Below are positions 33,784 to 42,217 of a stretch of 42,217 nt of DNA, in pieces. Under the pieces are notes generated by a model. It was not told the DNA's origin, did not search any database, and was given only the letters and a program-made list of their open reading frames with translations. Source of the stretch: a virus (lineage: Duplodnaviria > Heunggongvirae > Uroviricota > Caudoviricetes); the IMG/VR virus record IMGVR_UViG_3300013004_000034, one strand, 5' to 3'. A program made the translations under genes and the position numbers. Numbering within the stretch: the first letter of the stretch is position 1; each line of letters opens with the position of its first letter.

Positions 33784-34138
33784 AGAAATTATCAATGCTC
33801 AGATCGAAGATACCATGCTTGGTAATGAAGACCACGGCATTCTTACTTTCTATCTGTTTTTGAAGTTTGACGGATCCGGTCAGGGGTTTGGTGGCTATGC
33901 CTTGTCTACGTATGACAAGGAAAAGAAGCGCCGAGTTGGTCATGCCTTTGGTACTGACTGTATCTTGCAAATTCTAGATGTCCTCAAGGCTCGCAAGTGG
34001 GAAGAACTTAGGGGCAAGTATGTACGTGTTAAGCGTGATGCTGGTTGGAGTGGAAAGATTCGTGCTATTGGACATATTGTAGAAGATAAGTGGTTTAATA
34101 TCGAAGATCTGGCAAAGGAGCATTTTCCAAATGACTAG
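33776..34138 (+). CDS. Hypothetical phage protein
   Basis: MAEEIINAQIEDTMLGNEDHGILTF...GQGFGGY...WEELRGKYVRV...IGHIVEDKWF. Confidence 0.7.
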   Translation: MAEEIINAQIEDTMLGNEDHGILTFYLFLKFDGSGQGFGGYALSTYDKEKKRRVGHAFGTDCILQILDVLKARKWEELRGKYVRVKRDAGWSGKIRAIGHIVEDKWFNIEDLAKEHFPND

Positions 34139-34517
34139 GATTTATATAGTTCAGGCTCGTAGCTTTGAGTATAATGACGAGACGTATGATTCCTCTGATG
34201 GAGGAAATGTTGTTCATGCTTATTCTTCCATAGCAGCAGCTGAAACTGCTAAGATTAATGAAACTTTGAATAGCCTTCGAAATGGGTGTCTTAGCTATCT
34301 TGCAGAGCAATATGATGTTCTCGAGGATGCGGCTTATGAGATGCTTGAGAAGTATGGCCTGGAGCCAAAGGCCGAATGGCTTGGCTATTATGAAGCCGAG
34401 GATATCTCTGAGGCAATTAAGAGCGGCAAGATTACAAATGATGATCTGCGTATTCTAGCTACGGGTCTTAAGCCCGGCCGCGAACTTTACTTTATTGAAG
34501 AAGTTGAAATTGATTAA
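34131..34517 (+). CDS. Hypothetical protein
   Basis: 128 aa acidic ORF in an overlapping chain. Confidence 0.65.
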   Translation: MTRIYIVQARSFEYNDETYDSSDGGNVVHAYSSIAAAETAKINETLNSLRNGCLSYLAEQYDVLEDAAYEMLEKYGLEPKAEWLGYYEAEDISEAIKSGKITNDDLRILATGLKPGRELYFIEEVEID

Positions 34518-34538
34518 GGAGTAAGTGTCATTAAGCCG

Positions 34539-34997
34539 ATGGTCCATGCGCGGATTAGCGCTAAGCGCTGGGGTGGAACACCTGAATGCTATCTTGCAAT
34601 CCACGATTTTCTTGATTGCACCAAGATGGCATTGCCTGACATTCGTCATCGCATGATGCTGCATAACTCTGTTGGTTGTTTTATTACAGAGCGTGTGTTT
34701 GGTCATACCATTACCAACTCAGAGAATAAGACTGTTCACGTTCGTGATGTGGCCGAAGCTCATATTATTGAGGACCTTGGCTTTATTCCGACTCTAGAGA
34801 AGTGTTTTAGTAGCATGGCTATTGAAGCATGGATGGGTGGTAAGGTCTCTAAGTATAAAGAAGAGTCTAAGCCTCAGCCTGTAGAGGAAGCGCCGCAACT
34901 TCTTACAGAGAAGCAAGAGACTTATAATGAAAGACATGATCGCCTCTCGCGTGAAATTAACAAGGATAACAAGGGACCATGGGCATTTCAGCCATGA
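34539..34997 (+). CDS. DUF6915-like His-rich protein
   Basis: HARISAKRWGG..CYLAIHDFLDCTK..DIRHRMMLHNSVG..VRDVAEAHIIEDLGFIP. Confidence 0.7.
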   Translation: MVHARISAKRWGGTPECYLAIHDFLDCTKMALPDIRHRMMLHNSVGCFITERVFGHTITNSENKTVHVRDVAEAHIIEDLGFIPTLEKCFSSMAIEAWMGGKVSKYKEESKPQPVEEAPQLLTEKQETYNERHDRLSREINKDNKGPWAFQP

Positions 34998-35380
34998 AGT
35001 TCCATCCGGATGGTTCACTTCCATCTAATGGTGAGATATTTGTCTTTGGCTCTAATTTAGCTGGCCGTCATGGTGCTGGTGCTGCTAAAATAGCACAGAG
35101 TATGTTTGGTGCTAAGTACGGGTTTGGCCGAGGAATTATGGCAAGTTCTTGGGCTATTCCAACTAAGTCTAAAGATTTGCGCACTCTGCCCCTTAGTGAG
35201 ATTAAGGGTTATGTTAGTGATTTTGTAAATTACACTCGACATGCTGATATTAAATTCTTTGTAACTCGAGTTGGCTGTGGTCTGGCCGGTTATAAAGACC
35301 ATCAAATCGCACCTATGTTTAAGGGTGCTAAGAATTGTTCATTTGCCGAAGAATGGCAACCATATCTAGAGGAGATTTAA
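34994..35380 (+). CDS. Phage FVFGSN-family protein (A1S_2505-like, possibly macro-like fold)
   Basis: EIFVFGSNLAGRHGAGAAKIA...SWAIPTK...FFVTRVGCGLAG; ATGA overlap with the upstream gene. Confidence 0.75.
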   Translation: MKFHPDGSLPSNGEIFVFGSNLAGRHGAGAAKIAQSMFGAKYGFGRGIMASSWAIPTKSKDLRTLPLSEIKGYVSDFVNYTRHADIKFFVTRVGCGLAGYKDHQIAPMFKGAKNCSFAEEWQPYLEEI

Positions 35381-35381
35381 T

Positions 35382-35870
35382 ATGAGTGAGTTTGAAAAGG
35401 CTACCGGTGAGGTTAATAAGGTCCTTACTGATTATGAAGATATGATGAAGAAGGTGCAAGAAACTTTGCAGGAGAAGATGAAGGATATCTTTGCTGCATT
35501 CTTTAATACGCATCCTGAAGTTAAGACCATTCATTGGACGCAGTATAGTCCACATTTTAATGATGGCGAAGAGTGTATTTTTAGTGTGAATGAACCGTAC
35601 TTTACGACTCTTGAATATGATGAATTGACTGAACGCTCAGATGCATGGGGCGAGGATGAAGGTGTAATTGAAACTGATAAGTGGGATAATGAGAAGCGTG
35701 AATACGTAGATAATAATATTGCACCCGCTCTTATTGCAGATATGAATACGCTAACTAATATTCTACAGTCAGATGCCAATGAGGGTGTTATGCGTGCTAT
35801 GTTTGATACTAGCGTCTGGGTAAAGGCTCATCGCGGTGGCTTTGATGTGGACGACTTTGACCACGACTGA
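35382..35870 (+). CDS. Hypothetical acidic protein
   Basis: IHWTQYSPHFNDGEECIFSVNEP; GGAG RBS. Confidence 0.7.
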   Translation: MSEFEKATGEVNKVLTDYEDMMKKVQETLQEKMKDIFAAFFNTHPEVKTIHWTQYSPHFNDGEECIFSVNEPYFTTLEYDELTERSDAWGEDEGVIETDKWDNEKREYVDNNIAPALIADMNTLTNILQSDANEGVMRAMFDTSVWVKAHRGGFDVDDFDHD

Positions 35871-35874
35871 TATT

Positions 35875-35938
35875 GTATACCGGATTACAAATTTGTAATA
35901 AAAAGGCCGTTGACAGTCGACCTCAAGCCGGTTATAAT
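35875..35938 (+). promoter_or_regulatory. Early promoter cassette copy D with a perfect 16 bp palindrome
   Basis: GTATACCGG-ATTACAAATTTGTAAT-AAAAAGGCCG-TTGACA-17-TATAAT. Confidence 0.88.
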
Positions 35939-35969
35939 GGCAACATACAGAGGATAAGGAAACACTCCT

Positions 35970-37163
35970 ATGGCAGTCAATTATGACTTTCCGTGTATTG
36001 CGTACTGGCATACCGTTGCCAAGCACTTTGAGGACAATGAGAACTTTGTTATTGTTGACAAGGGTGAGTACTTTGTAGTCAACTATGTGCGGATGGGCAA
36101 GGACACTCATCCGCTGGTTGAATACGGTACTGACTATGCTCGGGCTACGGTGCTGCGTGAAGCCCGTGGCTTAATCTTCTGTTCGAAGACCGGCGAGCTG
36201 CTGTCTCGTCCGTTCCACAAGTTCTTTAACTTGGGTGAACGTGAGGATACCATGGAGATTGATCTCTCCAAGCCTCATGTCATCATGGAGAAGCTGGACG
36301 GCTCGATGATTCGCCCTATCCGTCTTGCATCTGGCATTCGCTGGGGCACTAAGATGGGTGTGACCGATGTAGCTATGCAAGCCGAGGAGTTTGTGGCTAA
36401 GAACCCGCAGTACCAGAAGTTTGCTGATGCTGCGCTAGAGGCCGGCTGGACTCCAATCTTTGAGTGGTGCTCTCGTCAGCAGCGGATTGTGATTGACTAC
36501 CCAGAAGATAAGCTGGTGCTTCTGGCTATGCGTGAGAACTTTACCGGTAGGTATATGGATCGCAAGGGTCTTGTGGCTCTCGGTAAGCTGTGGATCACGG
36601 GCACCGTCATCCCGGTTGTTAACGTGCTCGACATGACTGATCCAGTGCCTTCTCAGGAAGAGCTGGTTGAGATGATCCGTGGCATGTCTGACATGGAAGG
36701 TGTGGTAGTTCAGTTTGCAAATGGCCACATGGTGAAGATCAAGGCCGACCAGTACGTGGCACTGCACCGTGCTAAGTCGTTGCTTGAGAATGAGCGTGAT
36801 GTGGTTGGTCTGGTTCTCGATGAGAAGACCGATGACCTTATGCCACTTCTACCAGTCTCGGATCGTGCGCGTCTTCGTAATTTTGACGTCGATGTGTGGA
36901 CTGATATTTTACACTTTCAAACTGTAGTTAATGCCCTGCTGCGTAGCACCGAGGGTCTTGCACGTAAGGAGTTTGCTATGGCAACTGAAACCATGGATCC
37001 TCTACTCCGTGGTTCTGTCTTTAAGCACTGGGATAATCGTTCTTGCTCTGCTGACTATGTCGTAGAGCTAGTGCGTAAGCATCTTGGTTCTAAGGCGGCT
37101 TACGACAAGGTCAAGCCTATTCTTAAGACTGCTTCCTGGAATGAGAATAAGACCAATGAATGA
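35970..37163 (+). CDS. rnlA: RNA ligase, T4 Rnl1 family
   Basis: REARGLIF...LSRPFHKFFNLGE...EKLDGSMI (motif I)...TPIFEW...MEGVVV...MVKIKADQY. Confidence 0.92.
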   Translation: MAVNYDFPCIAYWHTVAKHFEDNENFVIVDKGEYFVVNYVRMGKDTHPLVEYGTDYARATVLREARGLIFCSKTGELLSRPFHKFFNLGEREDTMEIDLSKPHVIMEKLDGSMIRPIRLASGIRWGTKMGVTDVAMQAEEFVAKNPQYQKFADAALEAGWTPIFEWCSRQQRIVIDYPEDKLVLLAMRENFTGRYMDRKGLVALGKLWITGTVIPVVNVLDMTDPVPSQEELVEMIRGMSDMEGVVVQFANGHMVKIKADQYVALHRAKSLLENERDVVGLVLDEKTDDLMPLLPVSDRARLRNFDVDVWTDILHFQTVVNALLRSTEGLARKEFAMATETMDPLLRGSVFKHWDNRSCSADYVVELVRKHLGSKAAYDKVKPILKTASWNENKTNE

Positions 37164-37242
37164 ATGTGACGACTGTGACCGGATGGATTGTCGCATGCGC
37201 GGCTGTATTCGCCCGCTCCATAGTGATGAAAGGAATCATGAT

Positions 37243-37521
37243 ATGAGTATTACGATTAAGCGTCCAATTGAGGTGGTGCCTGCTATTATGCATGTTCATC
37301 TTAAGGTGCGCGATGAGTTTAGCTTTAAGCTTATGGATACCCACGGCCAAGTGATTGCACAACAAGAAGAGGGCTATGTGCCTGATTTCTTTCCCGGTAC
37401 ATATGGTGACTACGTCGAGCTTCAGATTGATGTTCGAACCGGGCAAATCGTTAACTGGGACGAACATTTTTCTGTGTCTCGACTTCAAATGTTTATCAAT
37501 GAGAAGGAAAATGATGACTGA
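37243..37521 (+). CDS. Hypothetical protein
   Basis: MSITIKRP...YVPDFFPGTYGDYVELQIDVRTGQIVNW; AAGGA RBS; start uncertain. Confidence 0.6.
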   Translation: MSITIKRPIEVVPAIMHVHLKVRDEFSFKLMDTHGQVIAQQEEGYVPDFFPGTYGDYVELQIDVRTGQIVNWDEHFSVSRLQMFINEKENDD

Positions 37522-38045
37522 TGAGCAACATTTGGTTTACAGCTGATACACATTTCGGACATAAGACAATTATCCGCTTTAGTAATCGCCCATTCTCTTC
37601 TGTAGAGGACATGGATGAGACGTTGATCCAGCGCTGGAATGAGCGTGTGAAGCAGAATGATGTTGTTTGGCATCTGGGCGACTTTGCTTTCCACAAGACG
37701 GCTACACAGCTTGAAGAGCTGTTTAACCGACTTAATGGTACCAAGTGTCTGATCACGGGCAATCACGATCACACTGATACTCGGCAACTAGCTTGGTCTA
37801 ATACCAAGGCACTGACTACGCTCAATCTCGATAAGGTGCCGGTTGTGCTATGTCACTATGGCATGCGTGTGTGGGATCGCTCTCACCATGGGTCGCTGCA
37901 TCTGTATGGTCATAGCCACAATACTCTGCCTGGTAACAACCAAAGCCTTGATGTGGGTGTTGATTGTTGGGACTATCGTCCTATCAACATCGATGAGATT
38001 CGTGAGCGCATGAAGACATTACCAATTAGACCTAAGGAGTTTTAG
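37521..38045 (+). CDS. Calcineurin-like metallophosphoesterase
   Basis: TADTHFGH...HLGDF...GNHD...LCHY...HLYGHSH...DVGVD. Confidence 0.92.
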   Translation: MSNIWFTADTHFGHKTIIRFSNRPFSSVEDMDETLIQRWNERVKQNDVVWHLGDFAFHKTATQLEELFNRLNGTKCLITGNHDHTDTRQLAWSNTKALTTLNLDKVPVVLCHYGMRVWDRSHHGSLHLYGHSHNTLPGNNQSLDVGVDCWDYRPINIDEIRERMKTLPIRPKEF

Positions 38046-38047
38046 TC

Positions 38048-38578
38048 ATGAGCGAAATGGGTGATATGAAGTTTACTACGGCCGGTGATATGACCCGGCC
38101 TATTTTTATGATGTTGACCGGTGTTCCCGGTTCTGGAAAGTCGACCTGGCTTAAGGATAATGGGTTTATGGATCGTATTGACTGCATGATCCTGTCAACC
38201 GACAACTATATCCAGCAGATTGCAAATGAAATGGGAAAGACCTACTCGGAAGTCTTCCGTGATACAATTAAGGATGCTGAAAATAATCTTTATAAGAGTT
38301 TAAACGTTGCGCTTGATTATGAACTAGATATTATCTGGGATCAAACCAATCTGACTCGTAAGATACGTATGAATAAGCTTAAGCATATCCCATTGAACTA
38401 TCATAGGATGGCTATGGTATTTCCAACGCCCGAGCCTAAGACTCATACTGCTTGGCTTAATTCTGAAGCTCGTGTAGGTAAGACTATTCCGGATGCTATT
38501 ATTTATTCTATGATTGAAAACTTTGAGCATCCTGCTATGAGTGAGGGATTTAACTCAATTCAAAATATAGTGAGGTAA
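38048..38578 (+). CDS. P-loop kinase, polynucleotide-kinase-like
   Basis: MLTGVPGSGKSTW...LSTD...IIWDQTNLTRKIR. Confidence 0.85.
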   Translation: MSEMGDMKFTTAGDMTRPIFMMLTGVPGSGKSTWLKDNGFMDRIDCMILSTDNYIQQIANEMGKTYSEVFRDTIKDAENNLYKSLNVALDYELDIIWDQTNLTRKIRMNKLKHIPLNYHRMAMVFPTPEPKTHTAWLNSEARVGKTIPDAIIYSMIENFEHPAMSEGFNSIQNIVR

Positions 38579-38584
38579 TAGCCT

Positions 38585-38827
38585 ATGCCAACATACTATT
38601 TGTTAGACGAAAATGAAAAGAACGTGGTCTTCAAGATGCGAGAAGGTATACAACCTCTCACTCCTGAGGACCACGAAAAGCTTTATGAAGAAGCATATAT
38701 GCTATTCAATCAATGGCAAAGAAGAATTCGTGGTCAGGTAGTCATGCCACAAGATGGTCTAGACTATTGGATGGCAGTAGCTACTAGGCAGTATATCTTA
38801 CAGCAACTAGGGATCAAGGATGATTAA
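38585..38827 (+). CDS. Hypothetical protein
   Basis: 80 aa with GAGG RBS; last gene before the terminator. Confidence 0.6.
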   Translation: MPTYYLLDENEKNVVFKMREGIQPLTPEDHEKLYEEAYMLFNQWQRRIRGQVVMPQDGLDYWMAVATRQYILQQLGIKDD

Positions 38828-38828
38828 C

Positions 38829-38858
38829 AAAAAGGGAGCCGTTTGGCTCCCTTTTTTT
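38829..38858. terminator. Bidirectional rho-independent terminator
   Basis: AAAAA-GGGAGCC-GTTT-GGCTCCC-TTTTTTT between converging units. Confidence 0.9.
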
Positions 38859-39528
38859 ATGCAAAGATTTCAAGGACTCTATCTACGTATTGATTTCTAT
38901 CCTTGATGAATACCAATGATTGCTCATCATCTACACTCATAATGATAACGATTTGTGGGAACTTTAACTCGGTCCGTTCCTCGGCCATCATACTATAAGC
39001 TGTGGCTTGCAAGAAGTAACCTTCAATATCCTCTTCCTTCTTAACTCTCTTTGAAGTCTTGAAGTCAATTACAGAATTAATTCCTCTAAAGCCAGCCAAT
39101 AGGTCGCACGTACCAGCAGTCTTTAGCCTTGCACTGTAAAGTGGAATCTCAATACCGTAGATTGATCCAACGTTCAAATCTAGAATAGGTCTGATGCGTG
39201 AGAACATATCAAGGTTAACGGGCATAGCTCCCTTCTTCCAGTTTGGCTCATTCATCAAGTAAGCTTCTGCTAGGTTATGAATAGCAGTACCTCGCCGCGA
39301 GGCTTGGGTTGATACCTTAGCTGCCTCTTCTTCACCTACACGTTCTTTCCATGCATGTAAACCGGACTTATCGAGCTTCTCGCCAAGAATGGTAGTGACC
39401 GACTTAAAAGTGCCGACCGGTGTTTCATAGTATCTAATACCATCTATCTCTACTCGAGGTGATGGTTCAATATGGACTAGATTATGTACAAACTTCTTAG
39501 TTCTAGTCACATTAAAGTTCATTGCCAA
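38857..39528 (-). CDS. PD-(D/E)XK exonuclease
   Basis: SVTTILG...RRGTAIHNLAE...IEIPLYS..LKTAGTCDL...IDFKTS...YFLQATAYSMM. Confidence 0.88.
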   Translation of the reverse strand: MAMNFNVTRTKKFVHNLVHIEPSPRVEIDGIRYYETPVGTFKSVTTILGEKLDKSGLHAWKERVGEEEAAKVSTQASRRGTAIHNLAEAYLMNEPNWKKGAMPVNLDMFSRIRPILDLNVGSIYGIEIPLYSARLKTAGTCDLLAGFRGINSVIDFKTSKRVKKEEDIEGYFLQATAYSMMAEERTELKFPQIVIIMSVDDEQSLVFIKDRNQYVDRVLEIFA

Positions 39529-40262
39529 GGTCCTTTTAATATTACAAATTTACCATCATAAGTTTCTGCTATAGCGGTACAAGATTCAGTCCAGTCACCA
39601 CAATTGATATATGTGAATTTGTCTTTTTCTAATATATTAGCCATGTGGATATGACCACATATAACACCGCTATAGCCTTTTTGCTTTATAGCATCACACA
39701 TAGTTGTTTCAAAGGTATTAATAACATTTGTTGCAGACTTGGCCCTCAACTTAACATAATGAGATAGAGACCAATAGCCCATCTTGAGTTTACGTCTTAA
39801 AAAAGAAAGTGCTGAATTTAGAACAACAAGGCTGTCATATGCAAATGATCCTATCTTGGCCAAAAGATTATTTTGAATAAGAAAATTGTCATATTGATCG
39901 CCATGTATCACTAAAAACTTTCTACCATCTACTGTTGTGTAATCCACACTATCAGAGACTTCTATATCTCCAAACTTAAATCCTGTAGGTAAAGAGCGAA
40001 AAATTTCATCATGGTTACCTAGAACATAATGAACGTTTACACCCTTTCTAGACATTCTAAGAATCTTTTGAACTACAGTGTTATGCTCAGGCTTCCAAAC
40101 AAATCCTTTGCCTAACTTCCAGATATCAATGATATCCCCTACCAAATAAAGATTTTCGGGAAAATTTGATTCCAAACTTTTTAGAAATTCAAGTAGCTCA
40201 TTGTGCTTGCAAGAAACAGTACCTAGATGAATGTCTGAAATGAATATAGATTTATATTTCAT
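39519..40262 (-). CDS. LpxH/YbbF-like metallophosphoesterase (UDP-2,3-diacylglucosamine hydrolase family)
   Basis: SIFISDIHLG...LYLVGDIIDIW...GNHDE...IHGDQYD...VICGHIH...NCGDW; start set at MKYKSIF. Confidence 0.85.
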   Translation of the reverse strand: MKYKSIFISDIHLGTVSCKHNELLEFLKSLESNFPENLYLVGDIIDIWKLGKGFVWKPEHNTVVQKILRMSRKGVNVHYVLGNHDEIFRSLPTGFKFGDIEVSDSVDYTTVDGRKFLVIHGDQYDNFLIQNNLLAKIGSFAYDSLVVLNSALSFLRRKLKMGYWSLSHYVKLRAKSATNVINTFETTMCDAIKQKGYSGVICGHIHMANILEKDKFTYINCGDWTESCTAIAETYDGKFVILKGPWQ

Positions 40263-40287
40263 TATGTAAGAACTTTTATAGTAGTAA

Positions 40288-40719
40288 TCATAGCACCAAC
40301 ATTTCCACTTTTGCTTCTCTTGCCATAATAAGACTTCTTTGAAAGCTCTCGGACCATTTCTCATTGGCTTCACCGGAGCAAAACATAATTCGTTTAATAC
40401 CAGATTGAATCATACCTCTGGTGCAGTCAGCACAAGGAAGTAAGTTGCTTACGTAAGCAGTGCATCCTTCAAGAGGAATCCCATTCCTAGCCGCATTGTA
40501 TATAGCATTTCGTTCGGCATGCTCAACCCAGAAGTATTTCTCTGGTCGGTCGTGCCGTTCATCTATATCGTCGTTGATACCACGACAAAAGCCATTATAG
40601 CCTGTAGTCCTGACTTCATGATTTGGTCCGACAATCACGCACCCTACTTTGGTGCTTCTGTCTTTACTTTTCTTTGAGACTAAAGTTGCCATCTCAATGA
40701 AGTACTGATCCCATTCCAT
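40288..40719 (-). CDS. cd: dCMP deaminase
   Basis: SKDRSTKVGCVIV...HAERNAI...LPCADC; start MEWDQYF overlaps the upstream stop. Confidence 0.92.
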   Translation of the reverse strand: MEWDQYFIEMATLVSKKSKDRSTKVGCVIVGPNHEVRTTGYNGFCRGINDDIDERHDRPEKYFWVEHAERNAIYNAARNGIPLEGCTAYVSNLLPCADCTRGMIQSGIKRIMFCSGEANEKWSESFQRSLIMAREAKVEMLVL

Positions 40720-41003
40720 CAGCTGGTCATTCCTTTCCACGGTCCATTCATCATAGGCATCCAATGTGTTGGAGCATCACCTTCAACTTGTGCATATTGT
40801 GTTCGTTCATTTGTGGCTGAATAGTACCAGCGATTTAGACCCGGATATTTAAATCCAAACCTAATCCATTGCTTATCAATATGAGAGACAATCACCTGCT
40901 GCCACTGTAATGTGGTGCCGACGATTGTCTTCTCATATGTTTCTATAGGTTGCCACTCACAGTGGAGTGACGAGTCCTCTATCTTCAAGGTCTTCTCTTG
41001 CAA
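40719..41003 (-). CDS. DUF551-like small protein
   Basis: EWQPIET...APTHWMPM; start uncertain, overlaps the phoH 3' end. Confidence 0.6.
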   Translation of the reverse strand: MQEKTLKIEDSSLHCEWQPIETYEKTIVGTTLQWQQVIVSHIDKQWIRFGFKYPGLNRWYYSATNERTQYAQVEGDAPTHWMPMMNGPWKGMTS

Positions 41004-41730
41004 TAATGTATGATTTCACAATGTCACTTCTAACAATATCGTCTCGAGTAAACTCAATAACATCAAAGGCATGCATCCTATCAATCACTTTGAAGAAGTC
41101 TCTAAAGCCAGATTCTTCCTTGCGAGGATTTAGATCGTTCTGCTTGATGTCACCGGCAAAGATAACCTTGCAGTTCCTACCGATACGAGTAAACACCGAG
41201 TGTAGTTCGCTCGGTGTCATATTTTGAAACTCATCAACAAAAATTACAGAATCGTTGATGGTAATACCTCTAACAAATGAGGTGGTCATGAACTCAACGA
41301 CGCCCTTGTTCTTTAGGTAGTCATATGCATCGCCTCTCCCGAAAAGCTCAGAGAATATAGCATAGTAAGGTGCTTCATAGACTTTTGATTTCTCCTTGTT
41401 AGAACCAGGAAGAAAGCCCATATCTCTAGTCGGTACTACCGACCTTACAATGGCTAACTTTGTTTGTTCTTTGCCATAGAGAATATTCTTCATACCCAAA
41501 TATGCGGATAGGAATGATTTACCGGTACCTGCTGAACCTATCAGCAGTAGGTTTTTGCCACTATCCCATGCATCAAATGTTCGTTCTTGGTTGACTGTCA
41601 GCGGATCAACATCTTTAAGATTAAAATTTAACTTTTCACTTGTTGCTGCAGTAGTCTCGTCGCCACCTTTGCGCGAAACTTGCTTATGGGTTCTACGTTC
41701 TTTTCTGGAGAGTCTCTTAGTTGCTGGCAT
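40957..41730 (-). CDS. phoH: PhoH-family ATPase
   Basis: PLTVNQ...GSAGTGKSFL...RDMGFLPG...FVRGITIND..DEFQN...GDIKQND...DIVRSDIVK. Confidence 0.95.
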   Translation of the reverse strand: MPATKRLSRKERRTHKQVSRKGGDETTAATSEKLNFNLKDVDPLTVNQERTFDAWDSGKNLLLIGSAGTGKSFLSAYLGMKNILYGKEQTKLAIVRSVVPTRDMGFLPGSNKEKSKVYEAPYYAIFSELFGRGDAYDYLKNKGVVEFMTTSFVRGITINDSVIFVDEFQNMTPSELHSVFTRIGRNCKVIFAGDIKQNDLNPRKEESGFRDFFKVIDRMHAFDVIEFTRDDIVRSDIVKSYIIAREDLEDRGLVTPL

Positions 41731-41739
41731 GAAGTTCCT

Positions 41740-41988
41740 TTAGAAAGTATTAACCGTCGATTTCGTTAACCCCTTCGAATGCGCCTTCTTGATTTCTTTC
41801 AAACGATCACGGAACCCATTGTCAGGCTTTTTCAAGCCAAGTCTGATAGAATCGCCAAGTGATGGAGCGCTGACGATCTGTTGTTGAATATGGGGATTGG
41901 ACGCTAAGTATTCCTCCCTTTCTGCTATGGACATAATCTCGGTGAGTTGTTCACCGGTATTTGTATTTAAAAAAGTGTATGTCGGCAC
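41740..41988 (-). CDS. FmdB-like small T4-family protein (GTG start)
   Basis: MPTYTFLNTNTGE...IMSIAEREEYLASNPHI...KPDNGFRDRLKEIKKAH. Confidence 0.75.
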   Translation of the reverse strand: MPTYTFLNTNTGEQLTEIMSIAEREEYLASNPHIQQQIVSAPSLGDSIRLGLKKPDNGFRDRLKEIKKAHSKGLTKSTVNTF

Positions 41989-42197
41989 TAGCGATTCCTT
42001 AGTTCGGAAGGAGAAGATACCCAATTGTAATCCGGTTCATCATCATCCATATCAAGGATGCGATCAACATTCTTGGAGCGGATCAAATTCTTCATCCGCT
42101 TCTCCCTTCGCTTTTCCTTATTGCTCTTATAGTCAGAGCTGTAATCTTCCTCATAGTCATCCCACTTATTGCGGCGGGAAGGCTTACTCTTACTCAT
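41988..42197 (-). CDS. Small highly charged hypothetical protein
   Basis: 69 aa, alternating basic and acidic blocks. Confidence 0.65.
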   Translation of the reverse strand: MSKSKPSRRNKWDDYEEDYSSDYKSNKEKRREKRMKNLIRSKNVDRILDMDDDEPDYNWVSSPSELRNR

Positions 42198-42217
42198 GTC
42201 GGGATAAGTCCTGGAAA

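Noticed and set aside
38857-39528. Exonuclease as a CRISPR Cas4
   Set aside because: No four-Cys Fe-S motif, no array and no other cas genes; it is a common T4-like exonuclease.
42194-42217. 3' end of an upstream minus-strand gene (...FPGLIPT*)
   Set aside because: Only seven codons are visible, too little to annotate.

Overview
A 42 kb segment of a T4-like (Tevenvirinae-type gene set) lytic myophage genome. The GC-rich, host-like pstS suggests an alphaproteobacterial host, but this is inference. 1-13.0 kb (minus strand): baseplate module with gp8 (partial), gp7 carrying a fibre-like C-terminal extension, gp6, gp25, PAAR, a two-gene gp5, hub, gp53 and gp48. 13.0-20.1 kb (plus strand): gp4, gp2, gp54-like, gp26 plus a start-less gp51 frame, a holin-like protein and two tape-measure-like proteins (SLT and M23). 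20.1-30.4 kb (minus strand): gp32, FkbM methyltransferase, gp59, gp33, pstS, an LMW phosphatase, two tRNAs and small early genes. 30.4-30.8 kb: a non-coding, highly symmetric divergence point. 30.8-38.8 kb (plus strand): early genes, an ATPase and an RNA ligase/phosphoesterase/kinase cluster. 38.8-42.2 kb (minus strand): exonuclease, LpxH-like hydrolase, dCMP deaminase, phoH and an FmdB-like gene. Strongest leads: (1) a likely -1 frameshift joining gp26 and gp51, in a lambda G/GT-like layout; (2) a repeated ~59 bp promoter cassette with an upstream palindrome; (3) a symmetric hub with five IHF-like sites and a long hairpin between divergent promoters; (4) a structured, repeat-rich gp32 leader. 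All family calls come from motif recognition by eye; no database searches were run.
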